NCBI GenBank assembly: GCA_000934665.2 | Contig: KZ539145.1 | Location: 1 to 32,163 of the forward strand | DNA: 32,163 bases | Reading direction: 5' to 3' | Origin: Catajapyx aquilonaris | Taxonomy: Eukaryota | In this document: positions 1 to 13,100 of the stretch, piece by piece | Layout of the letters: each line of letters opens with the position of its first letter | Position numbering within the stretch: position 1 is the stretch's first letter | Notes under the pieces: generated by a model | Databases searched by the model: none | What the model was told of the DNA's origin: nothing | The model's input: only the letters and a program-made list of their open reading frames with translations | Translations under genes and position numbers: made by a program

Positions 1-973
1 GGGAGAGAGAAGGGGTGCCGCGGAGGGACAGAGGGAGGCTGGGGCTGGCCCAGGGGCAGGATGGCCCTCGAAAGGAGAATCGGCTGTGTTTGGGAGCCAG
101 TTTCGCGGTTTTTATGGGCCAGGTTGCCTACGATTGTTGGGGGGGTAGGGGAGACGATGGGGGGGAGGAAAAAAATGCAGGGGGATGTGATGGCAAGCAG
201 TGGCGTTGCAGTTGAATTGCATGTGGTCCAAGATGAGTACAGGGGACCAGGACCACAGTGGGTTGGTTCCTGCAGTGTTGTTGGGCAGGTGGTGCGTACT
301 TACCTGGCCAATCGCTCTTGTTGGGCCGTGCGCATGTACGGGCGAGACAACCGAAATTGGGCTGCCAGTGTCATAACAATGCATTTTGAACATGTGCAGG
401 CTTGTTGTAATGCAATGAACATCTCGGTGGATAAGGATAACACTTGAGTTAGTGCCTCCAGATACATTGCGTGTGATTAGGTAATGCTGCAGATCAACAT
501 TGTCAGATGCAGTGTGGATTAATTTAATGGTTTTTGCATGATTACCTGTAGCTTGGCTAAGCTGTTGGCCGTCAGTGCAGATTCAAACCTTTTGGTGTGA
601 TCAAAAAGCATGGACGAGCAAGCAAGACTCGGATGCATGCAGTGAGCCCGCAATATTGCATGTAGAAAGGGTTTATAAAGGGAAATAAGTAGTGGGTAAG
701 GCATTAGAGATACGCAGAATGTTCCATCCGCAAGGTTAGATCTCGTCCAGAAAGTAGTGCCCAATAAATAGGCCACAGCTGCTCATCCCCCCAATCTCCC
801 GAGGAGTGTGGTACAGAGAAGATAATAATGGAAGAAAAAAATACATCTTATCATACAGGGGATAATTAGAAAAGGACAACACACAATAAAAATAATAATG
901 CAGCAATTAAATGACAGCCTGTGTTAATATTACTACGAGCTTGAAATTAATGCATATTTTGTTACCGTTACAG

Positions 974-1056
974 GCGTACGACAGCGTTAGAAACAATAAA
1001 GTGGTGCCTGCAGCTTCCTTCGACAGCTGGTTGCCTGGGGAGTGGGGCCCACATAG
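974..1056 (+). other. SAP130: 5' UTR part of the first coding exon of SAP130
   Basis: Acceptor ttttgttaccgttacAG ends at 973. An in-frame TAG (1054-1056) directly precedes the ATG. This implies a non-coding exon and promoter further upstream. Confidence 0.6.
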
Positions 1057-1155
1057 ATGAGCTCCTCTGTCCGTCCCCCAGGCCCAGGAGGGGAGTTGGA
1101 CCCTCCATTGCAGATGCAACCCATTGACCTGGCTGCTAAGGGTACAGCTCAGGCA
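1057..1155 (+). CDS. SAP130: SAP130 coding exon 1 (MSSSVRPPGPGGELDPPLQMQPIDLAAKGTAQA)
   Basis: ATG after an in-frame stop; donor GCA|GTAAGT, phase 0. The PIDLA motif resembles insect SAP130 N-termini (from recall, unverified). Confidence 0.7.
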
Positions 1156-4100
1156 GTAAGTGAACAGTGAGGGTTTGAGGCTTCTCTGGGATGTAACGTT
1201 GTAGAGGGACATGCATGTGGACGGGGAGCGGCCTTTAAGAAGAAGAGAAAGGCAAAAGGCAGCGTTTCACCTGTCATCGTGCGGACAGAGCTTGAGAGTA
1301 AATGTGTGTGTTGATTAAAAATACAATTTGCAGTTGGGAGTATAGTTGTAAATGTTTTCACCTTTGTCAGCATTAAGATAACTCATTCATAAATGCAAAT
1401 CATTTTTTTGTTGCCCTCTTTAATGTACCACAGTAATGCTGTGAGGGAGAAAACCGATACATGCTGTTTGCTAGTGTAGACATTCACAATTTGTTAGATA
1501 AATTTAACTGGTAAAGAAAATTAAATTTCCATTTGATTTTGTGTGACCTGGTGGGCTAATTAATATCTTAAAGTGTAAATTGACTAGAGTTATATTTTTG
1601 CCATGCAAGCATAGTTTAAATCTTTGCCGTGAAATATGTTGCCTCCAGAGAAGCACAGATCGCTTGTGTGACAATATATGGCAAGGGATCCTTGACCAAA
1701 CCCAACCGCACTTTTGCCAGCTATGTCCTCCCTGTGTTGTACCATGCATTCTTAGAGAGAGAGAGCTATGGGCATGCCTTCGTATCCAACCAATCAGCGC
1801 TCGTGATCTTGACACCCTGTCACTCGCTACACCCTCTGAGCCCCTTTGCAAGTTATATGCATTAAAGATTCGTTGGCCTGATCACAAGGTATAGCAGGGA
1901 GAGGAGACGCTGACGGTTAGCAGTGTTACTCTCGGCGTGCGATTGGGTTTGTGCAACTACTGTTACTTTTCTGTCGTTGTTTTGTTGCACTGGTTTGACT
2001 GCCCTGCCACTAAGGTTCTGATTTTATGAAGGTATCTCCATCTTTTTTTGTGTGGCCACAGCTGAGATGTGAGACAAGCGGCAAAAGTGCAGCCCCAGGT
2101 CTGCCAATGCAAAGGTAAAGCTCATTAGAGTGAAGCAAAAAAAAGCACAAAAAAACTTCAAATAAGAGTAGTGGGACAAGTAGCATGTCAGTAAAATTAG
2201 GAGAGCTAAAGAATGGAAATGTGTACCCAGTAATGATGATTTATTTTAAAAAATCCCATTACTGTCGCTGTGGCCGACAGATGTTGCTAATAATTTTTGT
2301 TACTTACCCATTACGACTTCACTGGATTTTTTTTTGGTGATCACTTTTGGGTTGGGGATTTTTACGAGGGGGGTGGGGAAGATCCTTTTTAAGTGGACTA
2401 ATGCCTGATATTGCTCTTGTGTTGCTAGGTGCAGTTTAGGTCCACTTCCATAGCCAGGGCCATTGTGCCCCTTCGTAGTTCATCGCCATCTGGCAGCACT
2501 GGGGGATTGTCGTCACAAGTCACTCCAGTAGCTGCCCAGGCAGCTTCAAAATCAGGTGAGGGAGAGTATTTCCCATTCATCCAGTGAAAGGCCACTCTAT
2601 ACGTCGTTATTGTTGCTGTGAACCACTTGCTGATAGAATTGGAATTTTTATCTTTACTCGCCATGTAATTTGGGTTTGAGTAAATTCGTGTTTGCTACCT
2701 GTGTCGGTATCTGAAAATTTCCCTCCAGTAGAACACTTTCCGCAGTTTGTAAACAGCCATTGAAATTCTCAGTTTTGCCGTTTTAAAAATTAAAATTGTC
2801 ATGGGAGATGCAGTAACCTGGTATCATTTCTCTTTAATTATTTCCTATTAATGTTAAGTAACGCTCAATTCGTAGACTTCCTTATTACATGCTAAAAGTA
2901 TTGTTTAATCAAATACATAATTTTACGACACTCATTACGTGCGATAAGTCCCCTTCAAATAGGGAATTGCAATATTGAGCTGTGCATTAATTATTCCAGT
3001 TTCAGTGAACAATTGACAACCTCTAAAATCAGACATCTTCTACCATTGCCATCAAACTTAGAAGAAATACTATCTTAGGTTTGTGTCATCTGTTGTGATT
3101 CTATGCAGATTACCACAACACCAAAAAATGTCACATCTGTTATTTTTAAAAACAATAATCATTATAAAGACCAATAGTAAAAGCAGCCACTGAAGCTTTG
3201 GGTATGTGTAAGACTCCCAATTACTCAGCATTGAACAATAATAAATAACAATAATGTTCATTGCACCTTTCTTTCAGTATCAGTATCGCGCTGCAACACT
3301 CTGTCTGAAGGCAGCAGTGTTGCAAGCAGCGTGTTGGTCCCCGTCCCAATGACCCAACCAGTGTCGGTGGCCATTTCGAGGCAGCCCAACTCTAGCCTGA
3401 GCCACCACTCCTCCGTGCCTGGCAGTGGCTCTGGACCACCAACGCGACCCCCAGTCATGGCGGTTGCACCCCCACCTGCCGCACATTCCGCTGCATCACA
3501 TGTCGCGAGTTTCCATGTACCCAGAGGTAAGCTGTCTAATTGTAATATAAAATAAATATTTATTGAAATGGGAATGTGATGACAAAATTTTGGTGATGGC
3601 AGCATAATATCACCTGTGATGGCTGCACTGCCTTTTGCATAATATGTTTGCATAATTGACTGTCATAATTTATCACAGATCAATATTAATAAGAGTACTT
3701 GGTTTCAGGAGCTGCTGCAGTTGCCTCTTTGGCAAATCCAAGAGCAGCCCTCGCCACACCAATTTTAAGGCCTAACACAACCCATCCATCCACTGGTGTG
3801 TCCGTCACAACTATTCCTGTCACCAGACAAGTGTATGTAATATATTCTGAATTATTATTTCTAGTATTTGTAGCATTAATGCCACAGCCAGGAAGATTTT
3901 GTCAGGGATCATTGAATATTTGAATGTTTATGAAGCCATAAGAATGTCAAAATGTGAGCAGACATACTACTGATGTTATAGTTGGTCAGATGTCATTTTC
4001 TGTATATTGACAAGTGTCTGCTGGCATGTTATTGGCATGTAGGGAACAATAGTTTGTTAAGACACTGCTTCTCAGGTTGATTTGCAAACTGGCAGTTTGG

Positions 4101-7100
4101 ACCATAGTTGATTAACAAATATGTCTCTATGGGCTTCAGCGTCAATTCATTCCATTGTGCAACAATAGACTGTTGTCTTCCACATGTTGTTATAGATTTT
4201 TTTCTACATGATCAGTGTTTGATGAAACCCACATCAACCTTTGGTGGTTCCCTTCGACTTGGTGGGCTAACTGGGAAAGCTCTGCGCCACAGCAGATGTT
4301 AACAAACAATCTCGGATGAGAGATTCTTGGAAGGCCTACTATATGTGCCCTGCCTTGGAGCAGGGGTTTCTGGTTCCTTGGAGAGTTTTCCCTCTAGCTA
4401 TGCATTTGATGAAAATGTAGTTTTTAAATAAAATAGCCCCGAGTTATTTTTTGGGCAGGGATTGTTCGCCAAGTTTTGAGGGATGCCACCTGTGATGTGA
4501 AATTGGGAGTTCAGTGTCAGCCATCTTTATAGCAGGATTTTTAAAGTTCAAGGGCCCAACTTTTTTGACACCAGCAAAACAATCTCCACCTAATCATTTC
4601 AACTTTTGCTTATTTTTAAAATGTGATATTTTTCTCCTAATCAGGCAAAAGGGGCAAAGCCACACAGTGAGCTGGTTACTTCTCGTGGAAGCATTTGAGT
4701 TTTACCAACATGTTATTTCTTCTTCACGGGCATAATTGAAGCACATCTTCGCCATTATTTCTGTAGTGCTGTACTATTAAATTGACACCTATTTCATCTA
4801 ATGGTCACAAAAAGTGTTGCAGTGGGAATTTCAGCTTGAAGAAAGGGTATATGCCCCAATATTACTTTCCCATGCGTTCCCATGTGTGCAATTGTGCCAC
4901 ATTTTTATACAAAGGTATAGGAACAGTGATGTGAAGTATACGGCCCAACGAAGGCCAAGGGTGTGGCATTGTCTCTACCAAAAAGTATGAATCACTAGTC
5001 CTTCAAGTCGGGCTACTCAGCCCTATTCTACTATAGCCCTACTGACATTTCAAAGAAATTTAGAAAGGCAGATCCCACAAAACTAGTTCACACTATTTTT
5101 GGCTCTTGCTTTGGTGGTCATTACTTGCAAGGTATTATGTGGAAATATTATGTGTTAGTTACCTCTTCATTGTTTTCACAATGGATGCAGGAGTAGGAAG
5201 GTTGCATAATTTTGTGCCTTTGGCAGAATGCTTCCCTGCATAGGTCACAACAAGTACATTGTAATTTTACCGTCCAATTTATTTTGGACAGTTATCCTGG
5301 AGGATTATGTGGCAGTGGGTCCAGTACAGCCCATCCACGTGTAGGCACCTCTGCTGCCACCACCACCACTGCAGTCGTAAGTAGCAGTGGGGGAGGAAGC
5401 GCTGGAGCTGGCAGCACTACTTGGTTACCTGCATCATCCACTGTGGGTAGTGTCCCTCCGACACATAATGCTACCCCTACTGTCAGTATTAATCTGCACA
5501 AGACAGCTGTAACTGTCACCTCGGCTGCCATTGGTACCTCGGCCCCAGTTACCACTACTACATTGAACCAGTCGAGGGCAGTAGCAGTGTCGACTGTTGG
5601 CTTCTCACAAGTCAGGGCAACTTCCATCGCAGGTATGGGAGAACCAATGACATTTTTCAGACTTCCAGGTCATTGTAATTGATGACTAAGAACAATTTTA
5701 TATTCACTTCTGTTCAAATCTTAATTCCCAATTTTTAAATTTAGTGAATGCAAGAGCACCGACACCACCCAATCGCATTGGAGCTGAATCGTGGTTGCCT
5801 ATGATTACCAATGCAACCAAACAAAACCAGTCTCAACATGGACATGTAAGTACCTGCAAAAATCTCATATTGTTAATAATGGAGCTCTACAAAAATTCTG
5901 TTGTAGATTCTGCATTCATGCTTGTTCATGTTAGGAATAGTTCACAACGTAATTGCCTACTATTGTCCAACGACCATAAGAGTGAACCTTTTGGGAAATC
6001 CTTCCACCGAAGGCCGGGCCGTGATCTGTCCCAAAAGTAGTACGCAGTTGTTCTCCATAAGGACAGCAGTCAGTGGTGGGAAATAAGGACAGAGCGGTAA
6101 CAGCGTGGGAGATAAGGCAGTTAGTGTGCAAAATGCGTAGGAAATATCAAATGCAGTGATTGGAAGCTGTGTGGACGGGGAAACGACTCTGTAGGCACAG
6201 GAGATCAGTGGAAGAGAAACTCACGAGGTAAGGCCCGGCAGGAGAATGAGCAGATTTTCCATGTTCCATCATGGCCGCCGGCACCGGGAAAGGGGGGGAG
6301 GAACCTCGGCATGGTGCAGGTTCTCAGCGTCGTGTTGCTTTTGTCGCTAATGATTCGGTGATGCTAAATTAACATCCTAATTACATGTATTACCACTGCA
6401 GCTTCGGTAATGAGCGACATAAGGGGGACTAATTTTTCAGGCGGAGAGACATAAGCGGAAAGGTGGCCAGACACGGAAATTCTTCACAGCTTTTAATCCT
6501 GTCGTTGCATTCTTTTAAAATGATTATTATCAGTTTCGATAGCATGAAGTGGTAAATTGTCAATTCAAGCAGGATACTTATAATGGTTCAAGTGTAGGGC
6601 TCAAAATACGTCCCTACAGGCACCAAATTGCACCATGTAAAACACCCCGATCTGGCAACGAAAACAGGTACGCAGTACAGATAAATCAAAAATTTATACT
6701 CGTATTCCCAAAACCGGGCATTTCTTTTGTACAATTATGGTTCACTCTTATAGTCGTTGGAGATTAGCAGTGGAAGACAGCAAAGTAGCTGAATTTCTGA
6801 TATTGGCTGATCAATAGATACTGTGAAATTACTATATGGCCCTAGTTAGGGTGATGGAGGATATGAATTTCTTTGGATCAATGTCTTTAACCTGCACTTG
6901 TTGGTTTTAGATCCACCTTGCTGAGAAGAGCTTCCTGAAGGCTGTCCCAAACCTCACCACTCCCACAACCATCACCACCACTACCTCTCCTCTTCCTCGC
7001 CTCCACCCTCCCATAAGCAGCGCTTCCTCCTCCTCCTCCTCTCTGCCACCCTCCACAAATGCCCACTCCTCAGCTCCTAATCCACCCTCCACTGTCAATA

Positions 7101-10100
7101 CCAGCACTGCCTTGGTTACTCCTTCTCCAACCCAACTGCTGACCCCAGTGGCCATGCCCATCCCAGGACAAGCGAGGTTATCCATTGCCACTGTGTCCAC
7201 AACCAGCCTGGCTGGTCCTACCATGCTTGCCACTACAGGTGGGGCACCATTTGTGTCGGTGCCCGTTACTGCCACTCCGATCACTATTAAAGCTGGAAGC
7301 CAGCCCACCATACTACCCGCTGCAGGACGTGGGGGGAATCTCACTCCAGCCGTTGGATCAAAGGTATGCATACTACTTGATTCTGACCCTCATCAGAAGG
7401 ATTCGTCACTTTTAGTGTCAGGGACATTGAAGTACACTTGGTATAATAATGTACTTGTCCTATTTTTTAGTTGCAAAAAATCTGAGTAGATATGAGTCTC
7501 CTGTTTCTCATGACATACAGGATGACATCCTCACCACTTCCCAATGCATGACAATCATGGTAATGGGCCTGTAGGTTTAAGTACTGTGCAAGATTTGAGG
7601 TTCTGAAACCATTCTGAGGTGTTATGTTGCTCTCTCTCAAGTCTCGAAAAGGATAGGCATGTACTATAGGACGCAAAAACAATGTCCGGGGAGAGTCTTC
7701 GTTCAGCCTGGTGGAGGCAAACCATTGCACAGATGTGTACACACACACTTGTGTGTACGTCCGTGCTTATCTGCTGAGTTTTTTCCCTCCTCCCTTAGCT
7801 ACCCAGGTGCAATGGGTTGCTTCCGCAAGGCTGAACGAAGAATCTCCCCGGACATTGTTTATGCGTCCGATAGTACAGGATGGCGCATAGGTGCCCTTGC
7901 GAATCATGTGTCATCTCATTGTGTAATAATGGTTCCCAAAGGTTTTTGATGATAACCATAAATTCAGTTTGTACCCTGACCAGCAATCCATAAGGCTGAT
8001 GTGGTTTGTTTCTTTTTTAAGACAATTTGGCATAGGATCCTCTTTCACAGAATTTTTGAAAACCCATAAAATCATGCCTGTGACAACCATTGAGTTGCAA
8101 CCCCAAATTTGGGAGCCACTGTTGTCATGAAAATACATTCTCAGGTAAAATTGAAAAAGCCCCAAACCATCATGTCGATTATTCCCTGCCTGTTTCTGGC
8201 AGCATTTGAATTCACTAATGGCAGCACTAATTATTATAATGTGATTGTGTGGTGAATTCATGTGCATAGAGCAAATCCTGGTGTCCTGAAAGTAATATTT
8301 ATAAAGGAAAATGTGGAATTTTGTTCATGCATCTGATGAATCAAAAAATGATTGTCAAAAACAGGTGATTGCTATTTTGGTTTGATTGTACATATGGGGC
8401 AATGAAACCTGCATCTAACTAACCAAGGATGCAACAGAAATTGGTCTGTTATGGAACTTTCATCCAGCACTAGATTTGCCATGTACTTCCACTGCATGTA
8501 ACAGAAACACATCTGGGGTTGAAAAAACTTATTTGAAGAATATAGAAAACTTTGCTAGAGGCATGTTCCATTACAATTACAATTATCTTTTATGTGATTT
8601 ACCCCGTCATGACTTCATAAGGATCTGTAGGGGGGCTGTTCACTCCAATTTGTTGCAATTTTTCTTCAATCACAGTGCAGGGAAGAAAGGACATGTAGGG
8701 TAGGGATGGGGATTTCTGGGGAGGGGACACAGGTGCAGGTGCAATGTCATTGTGTCGGGCCATGTGCAGTCCCCCAGGAGGTTAGATTGCCAGACACCTC
8801 CAAGGCCTGATGCAGGTGAAAGGGAACTCACAGGCGGGGATCGAACCTGGGACATTTCACTCAGCAAGCCGAGACGTTACCATCTTGGCCACAATTATAA
8901 TGACAGCAATATTGACATAAATCATAACAAAATGTAGGCTCTTTGATTTCATGCGTGTATTGTGTGGGGTTCAATGTACATATGCAGAATTGTTACACAG
9001 TCTGTTCCTAATATTGGGGTTCTAACAGTTATCGCAAATTTCACCCAAATTTGTTATTTTTGTGTAGCTTTTGGGCACCCAATTAGGGCACTGAGGTTAC
9101 ACAAAAATAACAACTTAGGGTGAAATTTGCAATAACTGTTAGGACCTTTACTTATGATACTTGGAACACAGTGCAAATGGAATATGAGCCCAGTACCTTG
9201 TAATGATGTGAAGACTCACTTGACCATGTTAATTAGTGTGTGGGTTGTGATCTAGGTATTACTAGTCCCAGCTGGACTATGATTAATGGAGCCAGAAAGG
9301 AAGCAGAAACTTCCAAGATTTTCAACCCATATCTCAGGCTTTGAGACTGTACAAGATGTGGCATGCTAGGATTGACCATGAAGTTCTACGTACAAGGAAG
9401 AAGCACACTGAGGGTTAAGTGCCTTTTCATGAACGGAATTGTCGGAGGTCGGCAATGAAGGGCAGGCCAGAAGAAAATGTCTTACAGTAGCTGCTTCACG
9501 ACAGTGATGGCAGAAGGATGGAAAATGCCTAGGACTCACGACAGTTGTGGCCCAGTTGTAGTCTCACGTAAGGACAGTGATGTGACAATCTTTAACGTCT
9601 AAATTTCCCTCTCCATAACCATCCAGATAAAAAAATTGACATGTTTGTAGTACTGAAATGTCCTGTTTCTGCTGGCACATTTGGATGTTGCATTCAAAAA
9701 CCTCGCCTAACTTAAGTGTGGGTTACTACAGGAAGCAACAAGAGATGTCAGTACTCCCTTACCCATGACGAAGGAATCACCATTCTCATTCCCTCCACTG
9801 GCTTGTGGCTATGGAAGGAATGGAGCAGTTGAGTGATTTCACTTTGAAACATGGCATCATTGAAACAAACTTTCTGGATGATATGGGGGGAGGATCAGAG
9901 ACAAAGGAATGTTGTTATGCTTAGCCACAGCATAATGACTTGTGTGCAAAGTGCCCAGCACTTGATGAGAAGAGAAGCCAGCCAATACTGGACAAGAACC
10001 ACATCCATCCAAATGTTGATAATTTGCATTGATAGGTATTGATATTTTAACTATCAATGGGAACTCAAATTTAACTGGAACATTAAAAGAAAGGACTTAC

Positions 10101-13100
10101 TGTTGGTGGCATTCTAGTAACAACAGCATGCTGAAAGTCACATTTCAGGTGCATTAAAATGTAATAGGCATACAGTGTGAAGCTGTACAAAATTTGGCAT
10201 GAAACCATGTGAGCGACAAATTTCATTGCCAAGGTTTATAATGCGCAACGCCAGACTAAAATTTGACCAAAGGTGTCTGATCATTCTGCATATCAGGTCT
10301 GCATTTTGAAGATGATGATGCATAGTGGGGAGATCAACTGCTCTGCACCCATTTTTGTCACATTTGAACACATTCGTCACATTTAAAAGATTTATCCTGA
10401 CAGTTTTGACCATCTGAATTTTAATTTCTGCAAATGGGAGGATGGGCTACATTATCTTGTTTAGTGAGGGACTTTGCCCTTGGCCTTTCAAAGTTTGGGA
10501 ACAGCCTTGCCATTACAGAACTTTTGCTTGGTACTGATACAGGATTTTTAATGCACTTCTGTTGCATCTCGTCTTTGATCTGACAAAAGGATGAATTCAA
10601 CATGTGCATAATTTTGCAGGAGCCAAAATAAACCTGCAAACCGCTATACAAATACATAAGATGGGGGTTTGTGTTTTCCGTTGTAACTCTCACACCACTT
10701 GTTCCATATGCTCGCCTTTTTTGTCAGAATGTGACCAAACACTTGATGGTGCTGGCAGAGGCCATAATTCGATTTTAGAGGAAAGTGTCGAATTCTTCCT
10801 TTTGTCAGATCAACGACGATATATATGAAACTGTTTAGCAAGGGGAAAATTTTTCAGAATGGAGCTACACCATTATAAACAGGTTTCGTGTGTAAACATG
10901 TGTCAGTGTTCCTGGCTAATGAAGAAGCATTCTTCTTTCTGCAGATCCTGGCCCAATCAGGACATGGCCCTGCCATCCACATCTCCCAAGTGCCGCTATC
11001 CATGGCTAAGGCACCACTCCAAACAGTGCAAACAGTCCAGGCAGTACACCCCATTGCATCGCTGCAGCCCGCAGCAGTTGTTGCTACAACAAGCATGAGA
11101 ACAGGTCAGTACACGTGTGGTTGCAAGCAAAGTGAAGCATAAAAATTATATTACATAAATTTCGAAATATCATTTCAAAATTTGCCCGTTTTTAAATCTG
11201 AAGAATATTCTTTAATGTTACACATTACTAAATTGCTGCCCCAGTTGGCAAAAAAAAGGGCACAAGGTGCACTTTTGACAGCTGCTATTTTCATTCATGA
11301 ACCATCCTTGTCCTAAACCATGGCAGTGACATACACTGCAGCAGTGACCTCTGGGGTGTCAAGCATGGCCCGTCCGTCTGGCGCCCCCGCTCCTCCCGCA
11401 CCTGCCTCCCAGTCTGTCATACCCGTGGCCAAGGTGTACCCCCAACCTGTGCAGGCGGGATGCAAGGGGGGCGCCACTGCTGCTGCCCAGCTGGAGGTCA
11501 ACACAGCAGAGATTCTCCAGCAAAACTCGCACCCGCAGGCAGTCGGCCAGACCCAAAACACCGTCTCAGCCAATCTTTACATACACACCACGCATCGCGC
11601 CTCGCCCAGTAAGTGCAACTCAAAATTATGAGGAGTTGAAGGAATTTTGCAGATGGTTTTAAGTAGCAGCTGTTGAATGTGCTGTGAAATTATCCAGGCC
11701 AAGTGCTGCATCACAGCTTCCAGGATTAAAATCACAGGCAAAATAATTGTGGGTTGGTTCAAAGGTCATTACATTACACATATTAATTTTTGTTGCACTG
11801 AATACAGGGTGAAGGGAAACTCATGGACAATCGCCAGGTAGACTGATAGTACTCGCAAAACTAATATAGGGATGTGCAATTAGTTTTGGGATCCGTTGTA
11901 TAGTTAATACGTATGGCACCGTCAAAGTTTCGTGACATCACGTCCGTTCCGCCAGCTTCTCAGAAGCAAAAGTCAGTTCGAGGGCCTCCGGTCCCTTCCT
12001 TGGTCCCCTAACACATTGTCCATGTGCAAAAGGCGATCAAATCCCATCAGAGTAAGAATCTGGGTACGACACCCATGCACCTTGCCGATTTTGCCTCATA
12101 TTCCACCATCCGGCCCTCTACACTTTAAAGGGTGCCGTACGCATTAAGGGGACGCATTAGTAAAAATACGGTAGGCGCATTTTTGAGGGAATTTTATTTT
12201 TTGTGGCGAAACGCACCGTTAATCAGAAAAATCACGACGAAGGTGCCCTGCGCAAAGGTTTGACCTTTACTATGGTACCATACTCGATATGATTGCATTA
12301 AAATTGTGGACATACGGGTGCAGAAGCGTTCCCGACTTTGTCGCGTTCCTGCCGCCATGTTATTCAAATGGGCTTCTTGGGAACGCCATTTTCCTTTCAC
12401 TTCAACTCGATGAAAAGGTCACTTCTAGGCCGAAAATGGTAAAATGACGACGAAGGTGCGCTGCGCCAGATCATGTCCTATTTTTTGGTGTAATTTTTGT
12501 GTCCATTGCTCCATTTTTGCGGCCGTCCGGCCACAGAAGCGTAGACTAGTCGAATCCCCATATGCTGTCCATGCATATGCGAGTTTGTTTACGTGGTTGC
12601 CAAGGGCTCGCATTGTTACCGATTGTTACAGTATTTTTTTACTTATGCGCCCCCTTAACTACGCAACGGAGCCAAAAACTAATTGCACATCCCTGTTAGT
12701 TTTGCGAGTACTATAAGTTTACCTGGCTATTATCTGCGAGTTTCCCTTCACCCTGTATGAGCTGATTTGTTATGAACTTGCATTGACCAGAAGGGGGCCT
12801 CTGTCTGGTGCAGTTTGCACAATGCCATTGGTTGTTTGTGGAAAAATGATGGATTTGCAAGAACTAGGGTTTCATGTCAGTTCAGGGGGTGCCTGTAGCC
12901 CCCCACTGTTCCAAGGGCATAAATACTTCTGCACTCAAGAGGGATGAGGGTGGGAAGGAGTGTATTATTGTTGCTCCTTTTATAACAAGTGTAGCACCAA
13001 AGGGTATCTGCTCCATGTGCGGCTCATGCCATAACGCTCCTCAGGGGACTTGATAAACTATGCAGGATTAAAATAATGGAACATATTTTCAGGAGGAAAG

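Noticed and set aside
7555..7986. Similar peptides on opposite strands (YYRTQKQCPGR and YYRTHKQCPGR)
   Set aside because: Explained by the DNA inverted repeat of the MITE, not by duplicated genes.
10305..10420. Possible intronic C/D box snoRNA (ATGATGA...CTGA)
   Set aside because: No terminal stem and no recognisable rRNA-complementary guide.
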